Sequence record: PP658200.1
From: Escherichia phage HY126
Reading direction: 5' to 3' (one strand)
DNA length: 64,000 nucleotides
Part shown: positions 36,695 to 45,871 of the stretch, one piece after another
Position numbering within the stretch: position 1 is the stretch's first letter
Layout of the letters: each line of letters begins with the position of its first letter
Notes under the pieces: model-generated
What the model saw: the letters and a program-made list of their open reading frames with translations, nothing else
Told to the model about the DNA's origin: nothing
The model's database searches: none
Position numbers and translations under genes: made by a program

Positions 36695-36992
36695 AAAGTT
36701 TTTAATGTTATCGCGAGCTACAGTAGAAGATAATAAACGAGAACGTTTGAACCAATGAAGCAGTGTCCCTAATGAATGAGAATACGCATTCTGAGTATCT
36801 TTACAGATATGATTTTCTTGGCCTGTGTATGTACCAAAATCGCGAAGAATACCACTTACTACAACTCGGTGTGGAACATCAAATCCTAATGAACCAGAAG
36901 CACGTTGGGCATGAACGTTAGCGATAAGACCTGCAAAATAATCAATGTAATGTGAACGTGTCGTAATATTTTCCTCTCGTTAAGATAGAAAG

Positions 36993-37022
36993 ATTATACT
37001 CCAACCATCCTTGGTTGTAAAC
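36993..37022 (-). promoter_or_regulatory. conserved hairpin-promoter element (copy 1)
   Basis: Minus strand GTTTAC-AACCA-AGGA-TGGTT-GGAG-TATAAT; 27-bp identical to the copy at 37989. Confidence 0.5.
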
Positions 37023-37026
37023 TGAT

Positions 37027-37962
37027 TTATGATTTTAATGCATTCATTGCGTTAAAAAGTTTAGAGTACTGCAACTGGAGCTTGGTAACTACTTGTTGAG
37101 CATCACGAAGCTTAGCTTGTGCTTTGTCAAGTTCAACAGACAGTTGGTCCACAGTGGCTTTGATTTGATTATAATAGTAATCTTCGGCAGGAAGAAGACC
37201 GTTAGAGATTTCCAGTTTAGTCGACGGTGAAGTGTATATAGATGGAGCAGTAAAATATGCACCTTGAACTTCAGCATTGCCAATTGGGGTTGTAGTAATT
37301 GACGCTTCGAACGTTGCATTTTCCTTTTTAAGATTTTGATAGTATTCAGAGTCTTTGTGCCACCATGGCGCAGGAACCTTTTTACCAATAGATACACGAG
37401 CCTGGATAGCGATATGGCCCTTATTCTTGATAGGGTTGATAATATTAAGCTCACGAGAATAAATTGCTTTAATCTGGTGGATATTATCACCTAAAACTTC
37501 CAACGCTTGATGGAATACACGAGCAACGTTATCATTCTTAGGTTTATACGTAAGAGTGAACTCGTTCTCACTGATAACCATGATTTCTAACTTATCGTAA
37601 GTATATTTCAAATGTTTCATGTTAATTGCTTGAGGACGAATACGAGAAGCAATGGCCATCAGATTGTTAAGGTTATTCCTGAACTGCTTAGCGAAATATT
37701 GCCCTTCACCGCCAATACAAAAATTACGAAGTTTCTGTTTGGCTAATAAACGGCTGAACTCACCATTTTTAATGAACTCTTTAACGGGTGTGTTAGTAAC
37801 GCATTCAAATTGAGTAAACTTACGAGAATTAATCCCATAATATGAACAGATTTCCTCAATCTCTTCAGGAGTCTTTACAGGCATACGGATAGGATTAGGT
37901 CCTGGGGTATATGCGTTCGAGGTAAATTCTTTGATAAGTTCTCTACGTGTAATAGAAGCCAT
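37027..37962 (-). CDS. coiled-coil protein, second tandem paralog (311 aa)
   Basis: Minus ORF starting MASITRR with GAGGAA SD; C-terminal coiled coil; same upstream element as its neighbours. Confidence 0.6.
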   Translation of the reverse strand: MASITRRELIKEFTSNAYTPGPNPIRMPVKTPEEIEEICSYYGINSRKFTQFECVTNTPVKEFIKNGEFSRLLAKQKLRNFCIGGEGQYFAKQFRNNLNNLMAIASRIRPQAINMKHLKYTYDKLEIMVISENEFTLTYKPKNDNVARVFHQALEVLGDNIHQIKAIYSRELNIINPIKNKGHIAIQARVSIGKKVPAPWWHKDSEYYQNLKKENATFEASITTTPIGNAEVQGAYFTAPSIYTSPSTKLEISNGLLPAEDYYYNQIKATVDQLSVELDKAQAKLRDAQQVVTKLQLQYSKLFNAMNALKS

Positions 37963-37988
37963 TTTATATTCCTCATGTTGAAAAATTT

Positions 37989-38018
37989 ATTATACTCCAA
38001 CCATCCTTGGTTGTACAT
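37989..38018 (-). promoter_or_regulatory. conserved hairpin-promoter element (copy 2)
   Basis: Identical 27-mer (…ACAACCAAGGATGGTTGGAGTATAAT) upstream of 37027-37962. Confidence 0.5.
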
Positions 38019-39013
38019 CATTCCTTAAGAAGTTTTACTACCTGAATAAGATTAGCTCGTTCTGTTTTATTTTTACTGTTTAAGCCTGCTAATCGTGAGA
38101 TTTCATCGTCAGTCTGTTGAATAGTTACATTAAGTTCGTTAATCAAAGCTTCAAAGTATTTGATTTGCTCAGCATGTTTTGATTCGAATTTCTGAACCGG
38201 AATAACGTCTTGGTTTAGTTCATCAATAAGGTCTTTAAGAGCATCTTCTTGGTTGATATCATATTCAACTTCTTTTATTTCTTCAACGAGCTCGTCTTTA
38301 TATCTAACGTCTTTTAGTCCTGGTGCTGGTCCTGAAATCTCTTCTTTAAGAGTACAAACATATCCAATACGGTATCCAATGCTGTCTCGCTTGATATCAA
38401 CTTCGTCAATAAATCCACAATGTTTAAGACCAGAGCCGATTAGGTCAAAATATCCTTGACGTCGTCCTTCAAACGTTACACGAACTACTAAGACAGTTTT
38501 ACCTGCGACCTTTTGAAGCTCACATTTATAAAAGTCTGTTGAACCTGAATAACGTGGATGAGTTTTAAAGTTCATCTGACGATCTAGGCCCATTTGTAAG
38601 CGTGCTGATACGGCCATAAAACGTGTTTGGTTCTCGTTAAGATGTGCAACAATCCATTTCAAAGGCATTTTACACTGTTCACGGCCGAACAAATCAGTAC
38701 GTCCTAGATTACGCAGGATGTTGTTAGAGTTAATCATCGACAGAACGTTAAGTTTATTCAGCGCGCTGAAGATTCCATCAGCCATTGATTTTCCGTAACC
38801 TTTACACGCTTTAATAAGCGCTCGCGGTAGATTAGTATAGATTTCAGATGGCATATGAAAATCAAATTTACTAGTCAGTAATTGATGAACTTGGATAGCA
38901 ATTTGCTCATAATTAAGTGCTCTGCGATCATTATGGTCTTTAAACCACACTTTAATCTGTGAAGCACATAAACCGTTAATTTCATGTTTTACCGCATCAG
39001 ATGTAATGCTCAT
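38018..39013 (-). CDS. coiled-coil protein, third tandem paralog (331 aa)
   Basis: Minus ORF starting MSITSD; C-terminal coiled coil; upstream variant element ACCCA-AGGA-TGGGT with compensatory base changes. Confidence 0.6.
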   Translation of the reverse strand: MSITSDAVKHEINGLCASQIKVWFKDHNDRRALNYEQIAIQVHQLLTSKFDFHMPSEIYTNLPRALIKACKGYGKSMADGIFSALNKLNVLSMINSNNILRNLGRTDLFGREQCKMPLKWIVAHLNENQTRFMAVSARLQMGLDRQMNFKTHPRYSGSTDFYKCELQKVAGKTVLVVRVTFEGRRQGYFDLIGSGLKHCGFIDEVDIKRDSIGYRIGYVCTLKEEISGPAPGLKDVRYKDELVEEIKEVEYDINQEDALKDLIDELNQDVIPVQKFESKHAEQIKYFEALINELNVTIQQTDDEISRLAGLNSKNKTERANLIQVVKLLKE

Positions 39014-39075
39014 AACTATTTCCTCAGATTGAATTGGAACTCAAAACCATTATAACCCATCCTTGGGTAAAGCGT

Positions 39076-39603
39076 TTATGCGTGAACCGTCTTTAAACGT
39101 TCTTCAAATTTCCGAAGAGTACTAATACGTTCTGATTTCTGTTTTGTATAGTTTGCAATACGTTCTGAAGTGAGAGCGTATCGTTCATTTACTGTTTCTT
39201 TCATGAAGTCAGGGATTTCACGAGAAGCTTTAATTTCATCAAACTTATCGAGTACTGCCTGGTCTTCAGCGATTAAATTTTCGTACATCTCGATATCTTT
39301 CTTGATAAACTCGATATCTTCCTGGGTTACTTTGGATAAACGAGATGCTTTATCCTTTTTGTACTGCTCGTTAGTTTCACGAGACCAGAATAATGTACGT
39401 TTTTTGTTAGTGTTTTTATAGACTTCCACAATTCCAACTGAATCGATGATAGCAATCCAATTCCAGCGAGATTTGAAAATCTGACCTCCGTCCACGGTAA
39501 TCTCGTTACCATAAGCAACGTCATTAAAGAACTTGCTTTGTGCTTCAGATTTAAATTTACCGTCGTTATAATTTACCAGGTTGAAAATATCTTTAGCGTT
39601 CAT
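39076..39603 (-). CDS. hypothetical protein (175 aa)
   Basis: Minus ORF with GGAGGTAAAAC SD and upstream early promoter. Confidence 0.55.
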   Translation of the reverse strand: MNAKDIFNLVNYNDGKFKSEAQSKFFNDVAYGNEITVDGGQIFKSRWNWIAIIDSVGIVEVYKNTNKKRTLFWSRETNEQYKKDKASRLSKVTQEDIEFIKKDIEMYENLIAEDQAVLDKFDEIKASREIPDFMKETVNERYALTSERIANYTKQKSERISTLRKFEERLKTVHA

Positions 39604-39629
39604 GTTTTACCTCCAGTAGTTGATAGGTC

Positions 39630-39659
39630 TATAATATCATAACCATAGACCTTGTAAAC
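39630..39659 (-). promoter_or_regulatory. T4-early-like promoter
   Basis: Minus strand GTTTAC - 17 nt - TATTAT; -10 flanked by inverted repeat AGGTCTAT / ATAGACCT. Confidence 0.5.
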
Positions 39660-39661
39660 AA

Positions 39662-39949
39662 CTAAAAGAAACTTTTTTCGGTATTTTTTCCACTGAACCA
39701 AACAGACTTCGGGATTTTTTGTAATTTTTCAGATTTAAGTTTCTCTTCCTGTTCTTTCTTATATACAGCCTTGTCGTACTGGAGCATCTCTATGGCATTC
39801 TTTTGTAGACGGTCTAAGGTAATTAAGGCTTTAGTTTTTCCTTTCAAGGAAGAGTCCTGGCGAACCTCCTCGCTATATTGCATTGTAGAACTAACCATAC
39901 GATGAGCATAGAGTTCTACTGCGGCTTTAATTTTTTGCATAAAATCCAT
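39662..39949 (-). CDS. hypothetical basic coiled-coil protein (95 aa)
   Basis: Minus ORF; no motif. Confidence 0.5.
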   Translation of the reverse strand: MDFMQKIKAAVELYAHRMVSSTMQYSEEVRQDSSLKGKTKALITLDRLQKNAIEMLQYDKAVYKKEQEEKLKSEKLQKIPKSVWFSGKNTEKSFF

Positions 39950-40087
39950 AACATATCCTCTTTGATTTGTACATCATTATTTTTAAATATTTCTATGCCC
40001 TCAGTAGGTTCCTGGTGTCCTTCTTTGAGGTAAGCCATATGATTATTCATCTTTATGGCTTTTGTTACCTCAGAACTTCCTATAAGC

Positions 40088-41089
40088 TTATTTCAGTAAA
40101 GTTACTTCGGAGATTTCTTCCCAACCATCTTTATCAGTTGAAATAAAATCTGCTACATAAAGAGCCGTACGTAACGATACATTGCGAAGACGAGATACGT
40201 TAGCCTTCATCCAGGACAATGCTTTATACGTTTCTGCATCCGTCAGACCACGTTTCTGCATCATGTCAGTAGATAATATTACATCTTCAACTCGAACCAT
40301 AATCTCTTCATTAGAGTGTACTCCAAGGTCGAGATACACTGAACGAGATACTAAAGCTTGAAGGTGTGGGGCAAGTTTCGAACCGCGTTCTAACTCTTTA
40401 TCGATATCAACGTTTGTAATGAAAACGATAGTACCTTCAAACTCAAATTCTTTATCAATACCCTTATCATCGAGATAAGATGACGCAGTGCTCCAGCAAA
40501 CTTTGCGTTTATCTCCAGTATCTAATGCTGCTTTAAGAAGGTTCAAGATGTCCATATCCGAGAATACGTCAACGTCGTCGATTAAGAGAACGCTGTCTGC
40601 ATCACGGTTGAGCCAAAGTTGTTCGTAAAGGCCAATACCGGAGATTTTACCATTAATGCTTTTGTATTTGATGAAACCGTTATCATTAGCATTATTAAGT
40701 GCTTTATCCAGAGAATACGTCTTACCAATACCAGCTGCACCTGAAATAATGAGTGAACGAATTTTGCCATCGATAATGCCATTCGTCATCATGTTCATTA
40801 CTTTAAAGCGTTTGTTGATACGAGTTTTCATATCTTCAGTGCTTTCAACAACTGCAACTGGTGACGTCTCAACTCCTTCCATTACGATGTCTGATTTGAA
40901 GACCCATACTCCACGTTCAGAACCATCAATCATAACGAAAATTTTACCATCACCTAAGTGGGAACATTCAGGATTAAGCTTTGCCGGGAACCAGGTCTTT
41001 GTGGCAACATAAGAACCAGAGATTTCGTTATTACGATAGATACCTTTTTTGATTTGAACGTTGAACATTTTATTCTCCAATTTACTCAT
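40088..41089 (-). CDS. P-loop ATPase (333 aa)
   Basis: Walker A SGAAGIGKT and Walker B-like LLIDDVD. Confidence 0.65.
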   Translation of the reverse strand: MSKLENKMFNVQIKKGIYRNNEISGSYVATKTWFPAKLNPECSHLGDGKIFVMIDGSERGVWVFKSDIVMEGVETSPVAVVESTEDMKTRINKRFKVMNMMTNGIIDGKIRSLIISGAAGIGKTYSLDKALNNANDNGFIKYKSINGKISGIGLYEQLWLNRDADSVLLIDDVDVFSDMDILNLLKAALDTGDKRKVCWSTASSYLDDKGIDKEFEFEGTIVFITNVDIDKELERGSKLAPHLQALVSRSVYLDLGVHSNEEIMVRVEDVILSTDMMQKRGLTDAETYKALSWMKANVSRLRNVSLRTALYVADFISTDKDGWEEISEVTLLK

Positions 41090-41185
41090 TTCGTTTCGAT
41101 AGGTCTATAATAACATATCCTAAAAGCATGTACACCACTTTTTTAAATATTTTAACCCCCTAAAGGGACCCGAAGGTCCCCACAT

Positions 41186-41467
41186 TTACTTATCGCACTT
41201 AGCAACATAATTAGGCATATCACAGAATACGGAGCGAGTAACTACTCGGCCCTTTGACCATGCTTCAGTTGCTTGTCCGGCGGTGCTATTAATATAGCTT
41301 GATCTAATGTTCTCAATACCCTGAGAATGTGATGCATTTACCGAACCATTAGAAGGCCCAGAAGACTGGTTACCACCAGCTCCTGCACTACCGCCAGCAG
41401 CACCCGTGGTAGCACCAACAGAGAACGCCATCATTACTGCGAATAAACCAATTACTAATTTTTTCAT
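41186..41467 (-). CDS. secreted Gly/Ser-rich protein (93 aa)
   Basis: Signal peptide, low-complexity Gly/Ser region, two C-terminal Cys; TATAAATA late promoter upstream. Confidence 0.55.
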   Translation of the reverse strand: MKKLVIGLFAVMMAFSVGATTGAAGGSAGAGGNQSSGPSNGSVNASHSQGIENIRSSYINSTAGQATEAWSKGRVVTRSVFCDMPNYVAKCDK

Positions 41468-41498
41468 ATTTACCTCAAGTTAATGGTTATTTATCTAC

Positions 41499-42488
41499 TT
41501 ATTTATAGTAAGAATTATGATTTTCGAGATAGACTTGTTCAAGGAAGTCATCCCAGAAACTCATATCTACTTTTTGTTGCATACCGTTCTTGGCAGCTTG
41601 TTCTGACGCATGTTCAACTTGGTCAACGATATCTTCTAGGAATTCTTGTACAGTTTTAAACGTATGTTTACCAAGCTTAACATCGAGAATAAATGGAGCA
41701 TCCTGAAGTGGGTAAACCAGGTCGCCGGTTTTGTAAATTTCCAATAATTGAAGTCCACCACGACATGCATGACTCAATGCTTTCCAGTCAATACCTTCGT
41801 TAGCTTCTGCCTTACGAGCACGTTCGCCATAGTTCTCTTCCAGTTTAACCAGGATGGCATTGAACTCTTTATTGGTTAACGTATCTTGGAATTTACGGTC
41901 TAACAGATTATAGAATGTTTGCTTACCTGTTTTCTCGTTTTCGGTTTCAACCCATGAAGCAAATTCACCTACAGGCAGAACATTCTTCATATGTGATAAA
42001 CGAATTACTGCACCGTTATCAAAGTATTGTCCCCATTCATTAGAACGTTTAAGGGCTTGACGAAGAACAGCCAGTCGAGAACCCTTGACACCATATTTAG
42101 AAGCTTGCTTACGGACATACCCTAAATAAGATTTCATGTTAGTAGTATAGAAACGAGACCTGTTATCTTGAATATACTTCCATACATCAGGCAAATCAGA
42201 TTTAACTACTAGACTTTGTGGAGTGTGAAGCATATCTAATGCGACGGTTTCACCGTCTGCAGCTAGTTTAAAGAAATATTTGAGACTATACAACTCATGG
42301 TCCACGTCGTCTTTTGTGTTCTTAGAAGCAGTGTTGTTAGTGTTCTTGCTCATGTGTTCTTTAACGTTACCGGTCAAGATATCACGAGCATGAGGGACAT
42401 AAATTTCTTTAAAATCGACGTCAGATTCAGGAGTAGACGTTCCATAAAGGTGGCTACCAAAGTAAGCCTTAACAATCGTTTTCATCAT
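41499..42488 (-). CDS. polymerase-beta-superfamily nucleotidyltransferase-fold protein
   Basis: N-terminal GSHLYGTSTPESDVDF resembles the GS…DxD minimal nucleotidyltransferase motif; substrate unknown. Confidence 0.65.
   Translation of the reverse strand: MMKTIVKAYFGSHLYGTSTPESDVDFKEIYVPHARDILTGNVKEHMSKNTNNTASKNTKDDVDHELYSLKYFFKLAADGETVALDMLHTPQSLVVKSDLPDVWKYIQDNRSRFYTTNMKSYLGYVRKQASKYGVKGSRLAVLRQALKRSNEWGQYFDNGAVIRLSHMKNVLPVGEFASWVETENEKTGKQTFYNLLDRKFQDTLTNKEFNAILVKLEENYGERARKAEANEGIDWKALSHACRGGLQLLEIYKTGDLVYPLQDAPFILDVKLGKHTFKTVQEFLEDIVDQVEHASEQAAKNGMQQKVDMSFWDDFLEQVYLENHNSYYK
41500..41507 (-). promoter_or_regulatory. T4 late promoter TATAAATA
   Basis: Exact TATAAATA on minus strand about 33 nt upstream of ATG at 41467, inside the 3' end of the preceding gene. 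Confidence 0.5.
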
Positions 42489-42958
42489 TTAGCCTTATAT
42501 TCAAGAGTAGGACAGACTTTTTCTTTACGAGCTTTAAGGTATTCACCTATTAATGATTTCTTACGTTCAATAGGCTCAAGTCCATTTTTAATTCGTTCTT
42601 GGTTTTGCGCAATGAGCTCAATTTCTTTATAATATTTTCTGTCGTTATATTTGTCTAACAACCAAGACGGACCAATTACCGCCCCGACAGCAATAAGAAC
42701 CATTACTGATATTGTTAAAATGCCTATACCAATTGAAGCAGGAACTAATGTCCATAAACTACTAAAGACAAAGAATTTAGTTAAAATTTCTTGGCCAATG
42801 ATTGCGGCACCTGCTAAAGTTGCAAATCCAACAATTGAAACAGCTAATACCGGAATAAACGTTTTCCAAAAATAAGCACATAGCGTTTTTGGACGATTCC
42901 ACGTACTATTGAACGCGGCATAAATTTTAAAGTGCCAAGAGTTTTCATTGATAATCAT
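42485..42958 (-). CDS. membrane protein (157 aa)
   Basis: Multiple hydrophobic helices; ATGA-coupled to downstream gene. Confidence 0.55.
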   Translation of the reverse strand: MIINENSWHFKIYAAFNSTWNRPKTLCAYFWKTFIPVLAVSIVGFATLAGAAIIGQEILTKFFVFSSLWTLVPASIGIGILTISVMVLIAVGAVIGPSWLLDKYNDRKYYKEIELIAQNQERIKNGLEPIERKKSLIGEYLKARKEKVCPTLEYKAK

Positions 42959-42967
42959 AATAATTCC

Positions 42968-43498
42968 TTATTTCAAAGTCGGGATAATAGAATCAAGATA
43001 AGCTTTAAGAGCAACTGCTTCATCTTTGTCTAATGTAATGATATGTTGACGAAGGTCATCAATTTGACGAATAACTACGACATCACCATCTTCATAAGAA
43101 GGATTAACGCTCAGGACTGTTGTATAGTCAGGGCGGTCCTGATTTGTAATAAAAGCATTACGACATTTAGCCCATTGAAGTTTGGCCTTTTTGACTGTTT
43201 CAGATTCCATGAATTCTTTCACTTTAGTGACGAATGTTTTCCAATTATTAATAGAAAAACATTCGTCTTCAGTTTCGATATTAACCCCACTATAAAGTCC
43301 GTGATAAAAACGAACTTGAAGGTCTTCATCAATGTTAATTACAGATGCATGGCCTGGCGGATTGAGTTTCAAAATCTTGTCTAGTTCCATAGGAAGAATA
43401 GTAACAGCATCATCTTCTTGCGTCAGAACGTAAGCATAACCGCGTTTTTCAATACATAAATCACCGAACAACTCTGTTGTTTCAATTACAGTTTTCAT
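42968..43498 (-). CDS. hypothetical protein (about 176 aa)
   Basis: Start refined to MKTVIETTEL (track start is a TTG). Confidence 0.55.
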   Translation of the reverse strand: MKTVIETTELFGDLCIEKRGYAYVLTQEDDAVTILPMELDKILKLNPPGHASVINIDEDLQVRFYHGLYSGVNIETEDECFSINNWKTFVTKVKEFMESETVKKAKLQWAKCRNAFITNQDRPDYTTVLSVNPSYEDGDVVVIRQIDDLRQHIITLDKDEAVALKAYLDSIIPTLK

Positions 43499-43499
43499 A

Positions 43500-43679
43500 T
43501 TATTCACCAATTAAAGTTTCAACAAAATTCACCAAAGCATTCTGGCAAGCGTCAACCTGATTTTCATAAAAGTCTTCGTTATCATTTACCGCATGATAAG
43601 CGACATCATTCAAATCTGAATCGGCTTCACGTAAGTCACGGATAAGGTCCATCAATTTATTAGCTTGTTCACGTGTCAT
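43500..43679 (-). CDS. small acidic protein (59 aa, below track cutoff)
   Basis: Translated by eye (MTREQANKLMDLIRDLREADSDLNDVAYHAVNDNEDFYEN…); preceded by a 36-aa ORF with GGAGAA SD and AATGA coupling. Confidence 0.35.
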   Translation of the reverse strand: MTREQANKLMDLIRDLREADSDLNDVAYHAVNDNEDFYENQVDACQNALVNFVETLIGE

Positions 43680-43813
43680 TTTACCATACTCGTTTCAATA
43701 AGATTCACTATGCCGTTTACCATGTTATAAGTAAACATCGGATAATTGTATTGTACTACAACATAAGCGATAAGCAAAAGTTTCATTTTGTTCTCCGTTT
43801 GTTTTGATAGGAC

Positions 43814-43844
43814 TACTATAACATAGTCCTACCAAGATGTAAAC
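43814..43844 (-). promoter_or_regulatory. T4-early-like promoter with palindromic GATAGGACTA element
   Basis: Minus strand GTTTAC - 18 nt - TATAGT; -10 flanked by TAGGACTA / TAGTCCTA. Confidence 0.5.
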
Positions 43845-44080
43845 TACCGATTGTGTTTTAAATGTTGATAAAGTTCTTCAACTTGTTTAGGGTCCAAAAC
43901 AATTAAGTCATTTTCTTGACGAAGATAAATCCATCCCTTATCCCCAGGGCCATTTTTACAAAACATCACCGTCGTCATATCGTCATCTTCAGCGCTTTCA
44001 GGTAAAAGTTCAAGTACACCGTCTTCAGATTTTCCAGTATAATCGTAAAGCATAATATCCTCACATAATCTCGTTAACAT
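43844..44080 (-). CDS. hypothetical protein (78 aa)
   Basis: Minus ORF; no motif. Confidence 0.5.
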   Translation of the reverse strand: MLTRLCEDIMLYDYTGKSEDGVLELLPESAEDDDMTTVMFCKNGPGDKGWIYLRQENDLIVLDPKQVEELYQHLKHNR

Positions 44081-44240
44081 ACATTTGCAATTCGGTGTGG
44101 GCTTCAGCCATCTTTTTCATAGCTCTGTTAATGTCGATGTCTCTATCTTCGCAACCATGAGCATTTTCCCAATCAGATACCGCATTAGCGTACTCTTCAA
44201 TCAAAAACATTAACTTAGAAATTTTTTCTTTACGTGTCAT
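44061..44240 (-). CDS. hypothetical protein (about 59 aa)
   Basis: Start refined to MTRKEKISKL with GAGGAGAA SD. Confidence 0.45.
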   Translation of the reverse strand: MTRKEKISKLMFLIEEYANAVSDWENAHGCEDRDIDINRAMKKMAEAHTELQMYVNEIM

Positions 44241-44267
44241 AACGTTCTCCTCTAGTAAGTAAGGACT

Positions 44268-44296
44268 ACTATAACACAACCTGAGGAGAAGTAAAC
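44268..44296 (-). promoter_or_regulatory. early promoter with SD-complementary -35-proximal box
   Basis: GTTTAC-TTCTCCTC-…TATAGT…-GAGGAGAA-CGTTATG; the 8-nt box after -35 is the exact complement of the SD. Confidence 0.55.
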
Positions 44297-44309
44297 TGCT
44301 AAATGCCAA

Positions 44310-44336
44310 AAAGCCCCAACCATAAGGAAGGGGCTA
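44310..44336 (-). terminator. intrinsic terminator downstream of rI
   Basis: Minus strand GCCCC…GGGGC hairpin followed by U5; near-duplicate of the terminator at 60725-60752. Confidence 0.65.
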
Positions 44337-44341
44337 GTAAA

Positions 44342-44644
44342 TTAGATAGATGTAGGCTCTAATTTTATTTTCATGAACTCGGCAAATTGTCTGGCGGTTT
44401 TTATGCCTTGTTCATGACATTCAAATGCATCATCACAGGGGCTATTTTTGTAATGCTTTGCCATATACTTATAGAATTTTTCAGAATTCTCGACATTTTG
44501 AATTTCAAACAAAGTATATACGTTTTTAATCCCTGATTCCATAAAGTTATCAAAATATGGGTCGATATGTGCAGTACCAACGATAGGAGTTGTTGCTGCA
44601 AAAAACCCCAGCATCGCTATGACAGCTATCGCTCTTAAGGCCAT
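44342..44644 (-). CDS. rI: lysis-inhibition regulator RI (antiholin)
   Basis: 100 aa; signal-anchor plus …D.FMESGI..VY.LFE…S.FEC… matches T4 RI as recalled. Confidence 0.85.
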   Translation of the reverse strand: MALRAIAVIAMLGFFAATTPIVGTAHIDPYFDNFMESGIKNVYTLFEIQNVENSEKFYKYMAKHYKNSPCDDAFECHEQGIKTARQFAEFMKIKLEPTSI

Positions 44645-44656
44645 ATAGGCCTCCTG

Positions 44657-44869
44657 TTAATTTTGGCCAGTATTTATTTTTCGCCTTTGGACGGCCTTAA
44701 CATCTGTGAGGTATTTTTCCAGCTTGCGCTTGCGTGTATAATCAGCTTTAGAACCAGTTTGACGGATATCCTCGTTTAAATGAGAAATAGAATGTCCTAA
44801 TTCTCTTCGGATTTCATCCAATTGGGTTACAGTAAGATTACGAAGTTGTCTTTCGTTTAATTGCTGCAT
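44657..44869 (-). CDS. hypothetical protein (70 aa, rI.1 position)
   Basis: Minus ORF between tk and rI. Confidence 0.5.
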   Translation of the reverse strand: MQQLNERQLRNLTVTQLDEIRRELGHSISHLNEDIRQTGSKADYTRKRKLEKYLTDVKAVQRRKINTGQN

Positions 44870-44896
44870 ATATACCTCTTGGTTAGATATTAGTAT

Positions 44897-45478
44897 TTAT
44901 AACAACCCTGTCAAATCATTCCAATGCTTCCGGCATAATGACACATATCTATCAGTATCACCAATTTCAATTTGACTGCCATCTGTAATTGGAAGTCCGT
45001 CTTCCGTGACTCTAGCTACCATTGTGGCCTTTTTACCACAATGACAGACACCTTTAAGTTCAACAAGCTTATCGGCAATAGCCATTAATGCTTGAGAACC
45101 TTCAAATAGATTACCTTTAAAATCTGTTCGTAGTCCATATGCCATTACCGGCACATTGTATACGTCAACAATACGACTAAGTTGATACACCTTTTCAGTA
45201 GTTAAGAATTGAGCTTCGTCAACAAATACACAATGAATATCCTTTTGTGCTGCAGCCCATTTATAGAATTCAAAGATATCCATGTCTTTTGTAATTATAT
45301 TGGCGTCCTGACGAATACCAATACGAGAGACTATTTCACCTTTTGAATCGCGAGTATCAATAGCAGGTTTAAGAACTAATACACCCATTCCGCGTTCTTT
45401 ATAATTATGCGCAGCAGTCAAAAGAGAAGCAGATTTTCCAGCATTCATTGCTGCATAAGTAAAAATTAAACTCGCCAT
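44897..45478 (-). CDS. tk: thymidine kinase
   Basis: 193 aa; Walker A AMNAGKS, VDEAQF, C-terminal zinc motif CHCG…CRKH. Confidence 0.95.
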   Translation of the reverse strand: MASLIFTYAAMNAGKSASLLTAAHNYKERGMGVLVLKPAIDTRDSKGEIVSRIGIRQDANIITKDMDIFEFYKWAAAQKDIHCVFVDEAQFLTTEKVYQLSRIVDVYNVPVMAYGLRTDFKGNLFEGSQALMAIADKLVELKGVCHCGKKATMVARVTEDGLPITDGSQIEIGDTDRYVSLCRKHWNDLTGLL

Positions 45479-45479
45479 C

Positions 45480-45668
45480 TTAGTCCTTAGTTAAATTTTC
45501 TAAATATGTTTCTAAATCATTTTCAGCTTTATCGATAGATTTTACTAATTCGTAGTATGTTTCAGCATCTCCATAATCCGAAGCCAATTCAAAAGATAAA
45601 TCTCGTTCTAAACTAATAATTTCGCTGATTAAAAATCGTATTTCATTCTTTTGTTCGCGAGTAATCAT
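45480..45668 (-). CDS. hypothetical acidic protein (62 aa)
   Basis: Minus ORF. Confidence 0.45.
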   Translation of the reverse strand: MITREQKNEIRFLISEIISLERDLSFELASDYGDAETYYELVKSIDKAENDLETYLENLTKD

Positions 45669-45871
45669 AAGGAATTTATATAATCAATAAGTTCTTGTTC
45701 TTTATCGTCGAAATCTTTACACAGTTCTTCGTATTCGTCGGTATTAAAAGGACCGCATTCATCGCAAACTTTTTCCAATTCACTATTTTTATCCATAACT
45801 TCGTGAATAAGAGAAAACAGTCTGTCTTTTTGTTCTTTACTTAAACTCATAACCATGTAACCTTTAAGCAA
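45665..45871 (-). CDS. hypothetical acidic protein (68 aa)
   Basis: Minus ORF, ATGA-coupled. Confidence 0.45.
   Translation of the reverse strand: MLKGYMVMSLSKEQKDRLFSLIHEVMDKNSELEKVCDECGPFNTDEYEELCKDFDDKEQELIDYINSL

Noticed and set aside
37089-37490. 133-aa minus-strand ORF inside the 37027-37962 gene
   Set aside because: Alternative frame within a longer ORF that has a proper start, SD and promoter.
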